A DNA stretch of 63,436 nt, counting the filler, from Octopus bimaculoides (taxonomy: Eukaryota), in assembly GCF_001194135.2 (NCBI RefSeq). It is 5 parts of 4 records of this genome, joined end to end, with 100 filler letters (N's around TTAATTAATTAA, not from the genome) between each part and the next. Parts side by side here need not be neighbours in the genome. Positions count along the whole stretch, not along the records: positions 1 to 28,527 come from NC_068983.1; positions 28,628 to 35,833 come from NC_068991.1; positions 35,934 to 37,817 come from NC_068983.1; 2 more parts are not named here. The stretch is one strand, 5' to 3'. The notes beneath the pieces are model-generated. The model did not search any database and was not told the origin of the DNA. It was given only the letters and a program-made list of their open reading frames with translations. The position numbers were made by a program, and so were the translations under genes. Of this stretch, positions 25,135 through 35,975 are shown in pieces (position 1 is the first letter of the stretch; every line of letters starts with the position of its first letter).

Positions 25135-25495
25135 TAATCCTTTCTGCTATAGGCACAAGGCCTGAAATTTTGGGGGAGGAAGCCAGTCAATTACATCAAC
25201 CTTAGTACACAACTGATACTTAATTTATTGACCCCAAAAAGATGAAAGGCAAAGTTGATCTCCACAGAATTTGAAATCAAAATGTACAGACAAACAAAAT
25301 ATCACTAATAGAGGCACAAGGCTTGAAACTTTGGGAGAGTGGATAGTTGATAACATGAACCCCCAGTGCTCGGCTGGTCCTTATTTTATTGACCCTGAAA
25401 GAGTGAAAAGGCAAAGCTGAACTTAGTGGAATTTGAACTCCAAACATAAAGACAGAAAAAATGTGACAAGGTAATCATCCTGCCAGTTTGCCACC

Positions 25496-25497
<2 letters not shown>
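25135..25497 (-). mobile_element. Two tandem SINE A copies
   Basis: Family A tail, core and head motifs, followed by (AAT)n. Confidence 0.8.
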
Positions 25498-25544
<47 letters not shown>

Positions 25545-25552
<8 letters not shown>

Positions 25553-25785
25553 GTGGATTCTCCCATCGAAGACAATGTATTAAGCATTCAGCTTTTGCTG
25601 AACAACCTGCACAAATGATTAGTTTGTAGTGATCAAATATATGTGCTGTACATTAGCTCACTCTTTCCATCTAATTGATGTTACCTAAACAGGTGCATGG
25701 TGTATCGTGCGACAGGTGTTGAAGTGATTGCAGAGAAATGTGAGATGAAGTGTTTTGCTCAAGAACACAACACACCACCCGTAAG
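25545..25785 (-). mobile_element. SINE family C-related copy
   Basis: gtgttgtgttcttgagcaaaacacttca CORE-like segment and a distinct tail. Confidence 0.6.
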
Positions 25786-25807
25786 TTGATTACATTGACC
25801 TCAGTGC

Positions 25808-27900
25808 TCATCATCATCGTCATTTAACATCTATGTCCCATGCTGGCATGGGTTAGATGATTTGACAAGATCCTCTAAGTCCAAGGGCTGTATCAAGATC
25901 CAATATCTGCTTTGGCTGAATGCCTTTCCTAATGCCAACCACTTTACAGTGTGGATTAGGTGGGTTTTTTTTCATGCATCTGCATTATTGAAGTTCACAG
26001 GACGAGTCCTGGAAGAGGTGATGGTCAGCTTCATGCTAGGGGATGACAGGATTACTATGAGAGGGGAAGGGCAGAGCAAGTTCTTGTAGAGGGATCTGCA
26101 TGGCTACACACATCTAGTAGGAGAAAGAAGGGGGAGGAAAGAAAAAGAGAACATGATCAGAAGCTGCAAGACATAATTGCGATATGGTGCCCAAATGGCT
26201 CCACAAGACACAAGCTGAAAAAAAATGGGTGGTTGCAAAGATTGTCTGGGGAAGTGAATAAGGGGGGGGGGGGCAGAAGTTTCAAGTGTAGGTGAAACAA
26301 GAACCATGAACTGGGGAAATAGAGGGATGCAGAAGAGTGGCAGTATTGAGCAGCAGGAGCGGTAAAGATCATACAGTCACTGTGGGGGTAAGATAGATGT
26401 GATATATTTAGGTTGTCTGTAAAGTCAGGGTGGAGAGGGAAGTGGTAGGGCATAATGCATGAAGTGGGAGGAGTGTCACTGTAACAGGTGGAGAACCCAA
26501 AACATAACACTTCAAGAACTGTTTTTTTGAGGAGGGGGAGTCTTTTTGAGAACCTCATATCACTAGAGACTCTTGTCCTATGCCATCTCATCTGTCAGGC
26601 TCAGGGTCTTGAGGTGAGCTTCCACCTATTCTTCTCGTTTTTCTTGGTCTTCCTCTTCCACAGGTTCCAGTCACATTATGCAAACAATACTTCTTTCTAC
26701 AGCTGTCCTCATCCATATACATCACATGTCTATAGCAGCGCAGTCTTCTTTCTTGAACACATCTGATTCTTCTTATACCCAGTTTTTTATTCAGCACCTT
26801 TGTACAAATTCTTTTATGTACACTCATGTTGCACATCCAATGGAACATGCTCACTTCATTTCTTTCCAGTCTTCTCAAATCCTCTGCATTCAAGGCCCAT
26901 GTCTCACTATCATGCAGCCTTGCAATTCTAACACAAACAAAATACAAACTGCCCTTCACCCTATGGGAAAATATCTTTGTTGTCAATAGGGGTAATAGCT
27001 CCCTGAATTTACATCAACCAATTCTTACTTTAGAAATTATACTTTCAGAGCAACCACCTCTATGGCTAATTACATCTCCTAGGTGACAAAAGTTCAACTA
27101 CTTCTAATGAGGCATCTGAACATTTAAGACAGTTTCAGGTGCGCTCATACATACTGCTCCAGTGCGTCTACCACATATGAAACTTACATTCTCTAATACT
27201 CTGCCAGTGATTCCACTATGTCTCTTGTGTGTCCATAGCTTACATTGAATACAATGTATGAAATATCTACCTATCCCTTTTTTACATAATGAGCAAGGCC
27301 ATTTCACTGAAGATACTAGGGTCCAGTTATCTTTCCTACTTACTAAAACTTTTTTCTTTGCCAGGCTAACCTTAAGGCCTCTCACTTCCAGGTTTAGCTT
27401 CCATGCCTGGAATTTCTTTTCTAATTCCACTATAGATTCAGCTATGAGGACTCAAACATCAGCATATCAAAGTTCCCATGGACAGCCAGTCATGAACTCT
27501 TCAGTGATGGCTTGGAGAACTAAAGTGAATAGGAGAGGACAAAGGACTGAACTTTGATAGACACCTACCTTCACGCTAAATCCATTAATGAAGTCATTGC
27601 CTACTCTCATTTAATTTACTGCATCCTTGTACACAGCTTGAAGTGTCCACGCAAGCCATTCACTTACACCTAGTTTCCTCAGAGCCAACCAAATTACTGA
27701 ATATAGTACCCTGTCAAATGCTTTCTCCAAATCAGCAAAAGCCAGGAATAGCAGATTATTCTTAGCCAAGTATTTCTCCAGCAGTTATCTTGCTAGGAAG
27801 ATATGCATTTGTGATGCCTCTTCCGGGCGCAAGGCCAAAGAGCATCTGTTCCAGGTCAACTCTATCACAGATCAGCTGGGCTATGACTTTCTCTGTGACC
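25808..27900 (-). mobile_element. RTE LINE remnant (RT, Cys/His finger insert, C-terminus, 3' tail) with interruptions
   Basis: LEKAFDRV; GV.QSSVLCPLLF; PWEL.YAD; WKLNLEVRGLKVSLAK; LHDSETWAL; GRGRPRKT; tail catcatcgtcatttaacatc at about 25810. Confidence 0.88.
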
Positions 27901-28224
27901 TTCGTAACTTGGACTAAAAGCTTAATCCCTCTACAGTTACTTCAATTGGTACCTATTTTATTGAGCCTGAAAGAACAAATGGCAAAGTTGACTTCAGTGG
28001 AATTTAAACTCAGAATGTTAAAGTGCTGTGCTAAACCTTACCAAACATTTTATCTGGCACTCTCATAATCCTGCCAATACATAACTCTAGTATTAATAAT
28101 TACCAAGAAAAGTCCCAGAACAGAAAGTGGGTTTTTTAAACTGTTCCATGCCAAATAAATCAGTATCACTGAACCTGGAAAGATGAAAGTCAAAGTTGAC
28201 TTAAACAAGATTTGAACACATCCC

Positions 28225-28527
28225 CAAACATTAGAGCAGGAGATGCAATAGATGATGTTGGTAGAAGTGCAGGTGAAGAAGTCGGTGATGCGATAGGGTC
28301 GATGATGGGTGCCGGTGAGGAGGGTGGTGTTGGAGAGGTAAGGGCAAATGCGGCAGCATGGGCGGGAGCAAGGAAATGAGCCAGGTTGGGAGGTTGGGTT
28401 GGGGAAGAAGCTGTGGACCAAGAGATCTCATAGGTTGTGGGCTCGTTTGAAGGAGGGGAGAAGTTGGTTAGGGAAGATGTGTGAGATGGCGAGGTCAGAC
28501 TGGAGGCGCCAGAAAGCTCAGAGAATG
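28225..28527 (-). mobile_element. Penelope-like GIY-YIG endonuclease fragment
   Basis: PGSFPCSRPCCRICPY...FTCTSTNIIYCISCS: Zn-binding N-part and the first motif of PLE GIY-YIG. Confidence 0.8.
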
Positions 28528-28571
28528 NNNNNNNNNNNNNNNNNNNNNNNNNNNNNNNNNNNNNNNNNNNN

Positions 28572-28583
28572 TTAATTAATTAA
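28572..28583. other. Assembly linker TTAATTAATTAA inside an N gap (also 35878-35889, 37862-37873, 50544-50555)
   Basis: Identical palindromic 12-mer with stops in all six frames, centred in 100-bp gaps; a scaffolding spacer, not biological. Confidence 0.95.
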
Positions 28584-28754
28584 NNNNNNNNNNNNNNNNN
28601 NNNNNNNNNNNNNNNNNNNNNNNNNNNGATGTATCTGAACTGAAACTGCAGTTCGTCCCTGTAACTTACAGAGGTTTCTCTCATACGTGTAATCTCGTGT
28701 TGCGGCTGCATAGCATTTGTTGATGCATTGAAATCACAATGTAGCATAAAATAT

Positions 28755-29135
28755 TCTTTTTTACTCTAGGCACAAGGCCCGAAATTTCTTTTGGAGTGGA
28801 AGGCAGTAGATTAGATCGACTCCAGTACGTAACTGGTACTTAATTTATTAACCCCGAAAGGATGAAAGGCAAAGTCGACCTTGGCAGAATTTGAACTCAG
28901 AACATAAAGACAGACGAAATACTGATTTCTTTATTAGGCATAAAGCCCTAAACACAGATGCAGACACCACAAGGACAGACAAGACCACAACAATTAGCAA
29001 ATTAACAACGGCAACAGTTCCAACAACAATTCAAATCAGATAACAATGGCAACAATTTGATAAATATTTCAACACAAATTCACGCAATAACTCTGCTAAG
29101 CATTTTGCCCGGTGTGCTAACGTTTCTGCCAGCTC
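28755..29135 (-). mobile_element. SINE A copy (CpG-intact) split by a ~170-bp insert
   Basis: Consensus-like core 28760-28920; head resumes at about 29090; the insert ends (minus) in tgtgtttagggctttatgcctaataaagaaat. Confidence 0.75.
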
Positions 29136-29405
29136 ATAGTATAAAATATTTTTTCAGGAGGGAAGTATCGCCATGAAAGGTTTTAGTGAAAACAGATTGA
29201 CCCTGGTACTTATTTTGGCAATCCATCATTTTTGGTCTTGGAAAACTTCAGTATTTGTTCAGGTGGTTCCGTAAAACATATTTATTTCTTTACTTTTTTT
29301 TCAGCTTACCCACAAACCTCTATATACACATATATGCACATAAACATATACAAAACTACATTGCTTTCCATTCGACGGATATTTGTCCTCATCTTGTTTG
29401 TTGTT

Positions 29406-29451
29406 AACACAATGTTTTGGCTGATATACCCTCCAGCCTTCTTCAGGTGTC
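29406..29451 (-). ncRNA. Type-I hammerhead ribozyme in the PLE terminal repeat, probably inactivated by CpG decay
   Basis: GACAC-CTGAAGA-A-GGCTG/GAGGGTATAT/CAGCC-[A]AAAC-[A]TT-GTGTT; restoring two CpGs gives CCGAAACGTT, with a palindromic stem III. Confidence 0.75.
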
Positions 29452-29520
29452 TTGGGAAAATTTTGAACCAGGGTTCTCATTCCTAAGGTATTTTTCAATG
29501 TTATTATTATTATTGTTCAG

Positions 29521-29592
29521 GTCACTGCTTGGAACTGAACTTGGAATCTTGGGGTTAGTAGCCCACGCTCTTAACCACTACGCCATATGCCC
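29521..29592 (-). other. Degenerate tRNA-like sequence (Pol III head) within the PLE terminal region
   Basis: GGGCATA-TGGCGTAGTGGTTAAGAGCG (A-box/D-arm), TGGG-CTACTAA-CCC loop, AGTTCAGTTCC (degenerate B-box); acceptor stem 5/7; followed by (AAT)n. Confidence 0.7.
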
Positions 29593-30959
29593 GTGGGCAA
29601 TTATGGATTGAATTTTAGGGCTTATAAATCTAATATTCTCCTATCCTTCCTTAATACTGGTTCCCATATGCTGCTCATATATGCACTCGGTCTGCTTAGG
29701 AGATTGTTGTGTCCTAGCATATGGTGCTGCTTGTTTTAGTTTTCGTATTTTCCAGTGGTGTTCTCTGTCTATTGTTTTAACTTCATCTCACAGGGAGAGG
29801 TGGTCTTCATTTTTCCATACATGATCAGCTATACCCGAGTTATCAATATATCCTTGTGTCACAGCTTTGTGATGTTCATCTACCCTTATTTTGAGGGGGC
29901 AGCATGTTTCGCCTTTGTATAACCTACCACAGCTGCATGGGATGGAGTACACACAGTTTTTGGTCATATTCTCTTCTGTTGGTGGTTTTACTCGAAGGAG
30001 ATGTTTGCGAAGTGTTGTATTACTCTTGAATACTGTCCTGGTGTCATATGGGCTGCATATCTTTTGTATCTTTTCGGAGAGGCCTTTTATATAGGGTAGA
30101 CAGGCTGTGGACAGTTTTTTGGCCTCATCCTCTCTCTTCTTCATAATTGGAGTGGATAGTATACTTTTGGGGTAGTTGTTGCTTAACAGATCATTATTGA
30201 GCTTGATCATTTCTTCATGGTGTGTATCATGATTGCTACTTATATTCTTTGCACAATGTTTTAGGCACTGAGCAATCCCTCTCTTTACACTGTATAGATG
30301 GTGGGAATTGAAGTTGAGGTATCATCCAGTAAAGGTCGGCTTGCAATATACGGATGTCCTGAATCCGTACTTGGTGCGTGTTATTAATACGTCCAGGAAT
30401 GTCAGCTGATTGTCTTTTTCCTTTTCCATTGTGAACTGTATGGATGGCTTTATTGAGTTCACATGATCTAACAGCACTGGGACATCTTCCTGGTCAGGTC
30501 AGAGTATAAAGGTGTTATGAAAATATTGTAGCCATAGTGTTGGTTTTGGAGGTGTTGATTCTAAAGCCAAATTCTCAAAGTATTCCATATATATATTGGC
30601 TATTACCTGTGATAATGGCGAACCCATAGCTAAACCCTCCTCTTGTCGATATATATCAGTGTCCATACAGAAGTAGGTAGTTTTTACACAGAAAGTCAAC
30701 ATTTCCATCAAGTTTCTTATTGGTATACTAGTGTGTTCTTTTAGATGGGTGTCTGTCACTAGTTTTTCTTGTATCACCGATAGTGCTTCACCAGTTGGGT
30801 CTTCGGTGAACAGGCTTATCACATCTAGACTCACCATCTGGTTGGATTTAATGGGGGCTATCCTTGATCAATTCTGTGAAGTGGGTGGAATTCTTCACAA
30901 CAAACAAGATGAGGACAAATATCCGTCAAATGTAAATAATGTACATAATTCTTCATCTC

Positions 30960-31220
30960 TTAAATATAGAACTGTACATTGCTTTTGTCGGACTGCCGTG
31001 TTAAAGGGATACAAACAAAACCATTGGTTGTCAAGTATTGTGGGGGAGCGCACAAACAGTGACACTCACACACCAACACATATATTTTTATGATGGGCTT
31101 CCACATAATTTCCTCACAAAGTATTGATCCACCCGGGCCTGTAGTAGAAAACATGTACAGTGGGACTGAACCGAAAGCCATGTGGTTGCAAAGCGAGCTT
31201 TCTTAGTTACACAACCATGC
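30960..31220 (-). mobile_element. SINE B copy
   Basis: Family B head (catggttgtgtaactaag...ttcagtcccactg) and tail motifs. Confidence 0.7.
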
Positions 31221-31592
31221 CTGTTATTTTCTGTATGTAGGTATATAAATGTATATGTATCTATGTTCATGTATCCTCTCTACCAGTCAGCAGCTAGGGT
31301 TTGTTGCTTACCCACCTCACAGGTTTTTCTGTTTCTCAATAAATTGAAAATTATTTATCTTTTTTTTTTGTTAAGATTCACTTTATGTATGCTTGCATGT
31401 AGGTGTGCTTGTGGATGTGTGTGTGTATATGTTTCAATGTATTTTTGTGCGTGTTCATATTTATGTATGTTAAAGGAAAATAAGTTATACAAATTGTTAA
31501 GAATAGGATATTTGAGAAAAAGGATAAAGTTGAAAACAATCTTTTCAATTAGCTTATAATGAAAAAGTGTAACTTATTTGTGGGAAAGGGTA

Positions 31593-32109
31593 AATTGCAA
31601 AGTAAAAATGATATAATAATAATAATAAAGAATACTAAAGACTGGATTGGGTTGCAGGGGACGTCTGTAAAACCATTTCTAATGGAAGTGGGGAATTAGG
31701 CCAAAAAAAGAAGAAAAAAAGAGAGAGAGAGAGCTGGGAGGCTAGAAATAATCCTTCCTGCTATTGGCACAAGGCCTGAAATTCTGGGGTAGTGAGTAAG
31801 TTAGTTACACCAACCCCAGTGCTCAGCTGGTACTTATTTTATCAATCCTGAAAGTTGACCTTGGCAGAATTTGAACTCAGAACAAAGTTGGACAAAATGT
31901 TGCTAACTATTTTATTCAGCATGCTAATGATTCTGCCAGCTCACCACCTTGGAGGCTACAAATGGTGAAGGTTTTGATGAGAATTGCAAAGTAAAAATGC
32001 TATAATAATAATAATAAAGAATACTAAAGACTGGATTGGGTTGCAGGGAACGTCTGTAAAACCATTTCTAATGGAAGTAGGGAATTAGGCAAAAAAAAAA
32101 AAAAAGAGA
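31593..32109 (+). repeat. ~130-bp direct duplication (31593-31724 and 31982-32109) bracketing a SINE A copy
   Basis: Near-identical aattgcaaagtaaaaatg...ggaattaggc..aaaa copies; SINE 31750-31950 (-) carries its own 13-bp TSD GGAGGCTA(G/C)AAAT. Confidence 0.9.
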
Positions 32110-32940
32110 CAGTGTTATATGTTAAATAGTTGTGATCAGACAATAGAACAATAAAAAAAATCAATAACGGTGCAGTGATAAGAATGTGGGAGATGTATAA
32201 CAAGAAATGTTATATATATTCTATTAGAAGGAAGAATTTATAAGTTTTAAAGACTTTATAGTTGCAGAAAAATTATCCTATAAAGGATTCTGGACTTGCA
32301 GGATTTCGAGTGCTTTTGCCAATTACAGTCCATGTCTTTATCTCCAGTGTATGAACTAGCTCTTGTGAGAGCCATTCATTTTAGGCTGCTTATTTTTGGT
32401 TTTGAGATCCCTAATGTTGGTTTAGAGAGAGGTTGGTGGTGATGCTGATGTTATTCTTGATAGATTTGGTTATAATTACTTCACATTAGTGAATGCTGAT
32501 AATTACATTGAAGCAGCATTTAGTAGAGTTAATCAGGGACAATTGATGGAGTGTAGCACCCAAAAACAAGTCATTCCTATGGACATTCACACAGTTTCTG
32601 TCTGCAAAATTTCGATTCCAAGACTTTGGCTTAATACCATAATGAAAGATACTTGCTCAATGCCCTGTATTGTACGATTGAAACTAAAGCAATTTGATTG
32701 TGAAACAAATCTCCTAAGTGCACTGCCGAACAATAAATACATTAACACTTACTTAACCATAATTGTTACTGTTTGTGTCCTTTCATTCCAAAATCTGTTG
32801 ATGTGACAGCTTTCTGATTCAATGTTTCAGATCAATTGTCAGTAAGATAATAATTTTTCAAATGCACTAACAGACTAGAATCAGACTTGAAACCTTTATC
32901 TTTAAACTTACACCTGATGACTAGTAGATATTACTCTTAA

Positions 32941-33146
32941 TCCTTTAGTTACAATATTATACAGAGTCTTTCTTTCAGTTAATTTCGAAAATAATGAAGA
33001 ATTTAGTAAAATAATTTTGTCATTATTAATCTGGCGTTTGAAACATAAACTTACATAAAACGAAAAGTTTTAGTTTAAATAATTTCATAAGATGAAATTT
33101 CTGTTGTTGAACAGGGGTGGTCTTAAGTGGTTTGGTATCAAAAGGG
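32941..33146. mobile_element. piggyBac-like MITE, 206 bp
   Basis: TTAA on both sides (32937-32940, 33147-33150); ends tcctttagttacaa / ttggtatcaaaaggg are imperfect inverted repeats. Confidence 0.65.
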
Positions 33147-33171
33147 TTAAAACTCCAAATTTAAATACAGT

Positions 33172-33365
33172 CTAAGGCAGTGAGCTGGCAGAATCATTAG
33201 CACTCTAGGCAAAATGTTTAGTGGCATTTCATTCATCTTTACTTTCTGAGTTCAAATTCCACTGAGGTCAGCTTCACCTTTCATCTTTTTGAGGTCAATA
33301 AATTAAGTACCACTGGGGTTGATGTAATTGACTTCTCCCCTCCCCTGAAATTGCTGGCTTTGTGG
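33172..33365 (+). mobile_element. SINE A copy in the minority (plus) orientation
   Basis: aaggcagtgagctggcagaatcattagca...gagttcaaattcc...ttaagtaccactgggg. Confidence 0.85.
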
Positions 33366-33835
33366 AATAGGACACTTGATAATAAATAAAGATCAAAGAA
33401 ATATAGCAAATGTTAAAAACGAAAATATTTTTCTGATTAAAAAAAAAAAATTATATTATATGTATTGTTTGTCATTCTTTCCTTTTTTTTTGTTTGTTTA
33501 TCAGGAGTTTTCCATATCAAAGAAAAATGAAACCAAATTGGGTAAATATATACTACATTATATTTTACGTTCTTTTGATCAGCTTTCTAGAAACTTATTA
33601 AGTTGAAGAAATGGATTAGAAAAAGGAAAAAATGTAAAAGATAATTTAAATTGTGTGTTAGTAAATAGAATTCTTTCCTTATATTTAAAAATTTCCCCAA
33701 GCAAGCTGTTAGATACGAGGAAATAATTGAGTTTACAAACACACATAAGTATCTATTAATTACTGTACTTGTTTGTATGTAAACAACAGCTTTATTGATA
33801 ATAATACCCTATATGTAATATATATGTACACATTT

Positions 33836-34225
33836 ATCATCATTTAATAATGTCTATTTTCCATGCTGGCATGGGTTGGACAGTTTGATGGGAGTTGGCA
33901 AGCTGGAGAGCTGCACCTGGCCCCAGTTATCTGTTTTGGCATAGCTTTTATGACTAAATGCCCTTTCTTATATCAACAACTTTACAGAGTGTACTGGATG
34001 CTTTTATGTAACACCAGCATGGCACCAGAACCCACAAGCCCGCAAGCTTAGGATTGCTCAGCTGAAGAGGAATGTAGAGGACGTGCCTGTATGCAAGGAC
34101 AACCACGATTTTACTGAGCTTAATGTGTCTTCTCAAATACAGCAAACCGCCAGAAGTCTCCATCCCTTGTCATCCCCTCTGTAAGGCCCAACATCTGAAG
34201 ATCCTTTAGCAATTTTTCTGTTGAC
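33836..34225 (-). mobile_element. RTE LINE 3' end
   Basis: KDLQMLGLTEGMTRDGDFWRFAVFEKT, then 3'UTR and tail catttaataatgtctattttccatgctggc. Confidence 0.85.
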
Positions 34226-34339
34226 CATGTGATAAAATCAAAATTGTTGAAGTCTGTATATATATGTTCATATGCTTTATGTATCCCTTGTGCATTAGGA
34301 TAGAGCCCTTTGTTTTTCATTTTTGTGGATATTTATATT

Positions 34340-35240
34340 TAAATGAGTTAAAATGCATGATGTATCTGATTTCCAAAGAGGACAAATTATTGGGGCATGG
34401 GTGGTTGGAACTTCAGTTACTAAAACTGCTGACTTGTTAAATATTTTGAGAGGTACACTCTCTAAAATTCTGTTAACATTCCAAAACCAAGGTAAAACCA
34501 TCTCTGGCAAGTCTAATTCCGGATGGAAGGCAAAACTTACAGAGAGGAACCACATAATAGTGGAACATATTGTGCCTAAAAACTTTTGAAATACAACAAA
34601 AGTGACAGCAGAACTAACCAACTGCCTTGTAAACTTTGTTTTGATCAAAATATTCATTTGTTCCATGAAGCTGGATGCCATGGGAGGGCTGCAGTTGTTA
34701 AACTTCTCTCCTCTTAATATTGATGTAGCAGAAAAAACAATGTCTTGACTATCAGAAGTGGTCAATGGAATAAAGTCATCCCCTCTGATGAATTACCGTT
34801 CATCATTTTTCCCCCACTTTGGGGTGAATTTATGTCTGGAGACTGCCAAAGAAGAGGCCTTTAACACTGGCTGTTTAGCCCCTACCATGAGACATGGAGG
34901 TGGCTCTTTTGTTACATTGCAGAGTTTACATCAAAGATTAGCTGAGTATTTTTACTAGTCATGTTCATCTTGTAGTGCAAACATTATTCCTTGATGGTAA
35001 CATAATCTTCATGGATGATAGCACACTGATTGACTTAGCAAATGTCATTCATAATAGGTATAAACAGCACAAAAGTGACACAAACCTCTTGAACTGCCCC
35101 CCCCCCCCAACCACTGAATCTTAATATAATCAAACATTTATGGTCCGTTTTGGAACAGAGGTTTTACTTGAAGACTAGCTCAAAATTCCCCCAACTGTTC
35201 AGAACCTGTATGAGTCAGTTCCTCAAGGAATTTCAACCAT
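34340..35240 (+). mobile_element. Tc1/mariner transposase remnant
   Basis: VSDFQRGQIIGA (HTH); WNKVIPSDE; IFMDDS; PPPQPLNLNIIKHLWSVLEQ (degenerate WPPQSPDLNIIE); VQNLYESVP. No TIRs recognised. Confidence 0.85.
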
Positions 35241-35762
35241 GTTTCGTGGTCTGCTACCACAACAGCTCCTTTATAGGATCCAGTTAGCTCAAGAAATCAT
35301 CAGGAGGAACCACGTCCGGTTTCGGCCCCTACTCCTGTACCGTTTTGAGGTGTCTTCAGCTCTGGTGTTGGGTGCATGTCTTCTTTCTTCTATTCCCTGG
35401 CCTCTTCGATGCAAAAGCTACAATTGATGCCAGAGATGAACCAACTCTGTTAGATAATAAAACTTCCATTTAACAAAGGATCTCCAGTGATTGTTTATTC
35501 ACTGTTTTCATACATATCAGTTGCAATGGTTTTTAAGTGTGCTGGCTGAGTGTATTCTATTGATAATGCCCAACAAAGCAAAATTGTACCTAATATTTTC
35601 ACTCACTACTGCTAGGATGTATTTTGATTCCACCTGATATACACTTATTGTGTTTTTAAACAGAGTACGTCCATAAGAGATATTCCCTCTGTAAATTTAG
35701 CCTGACGTAATGTATTTACATCAAGTATATTTGATACATAAATGGAGATATATATATGTGTG

Positions 35763-35833
<71 letters not shown>

Positions 35834-35942
35834 NNNNNNNNNNNNNNNNNNNNNNNNNNNNNNNNNNNNNNNNNNNNTTAATTAATTAANNNNNNNNNNN
35901 NNNNNNNNNNNNNNNNNNNNNNNNNNNNNNNNNTATATATAT

Positions 35943-35975
<33 letters not shown>

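Larger units (their letters stand above)
29340..30960 (-). mobile_element. Second Penelope-like element (RT + GIY-YIG), 5'-truncated, with inverted partial terminal repeat
   Basis: MVSLDVISLFT..YRQEEGLAMGSPLSQVIANIYME; LPYIKGLSEKI..CVYSIPCSCGRLYKGET..EH; 30-bp perfect inverted repeat 29374-29403 vs 30898-30927. Confidence 0.92.

Noticed and set aside
29521-29592. Functional tRNA-Ser gene
   Set aside because: Mismatched anticodon and T stems and a degenerate B-box; kept only as a tRNA-derived head. Other tRNA-like hits are SINE heads.
32489-32806. 105-aa plus-strand ORF
   Set aside because: No recognisable domain, no supporting splice chain, and a length reachable by chance.
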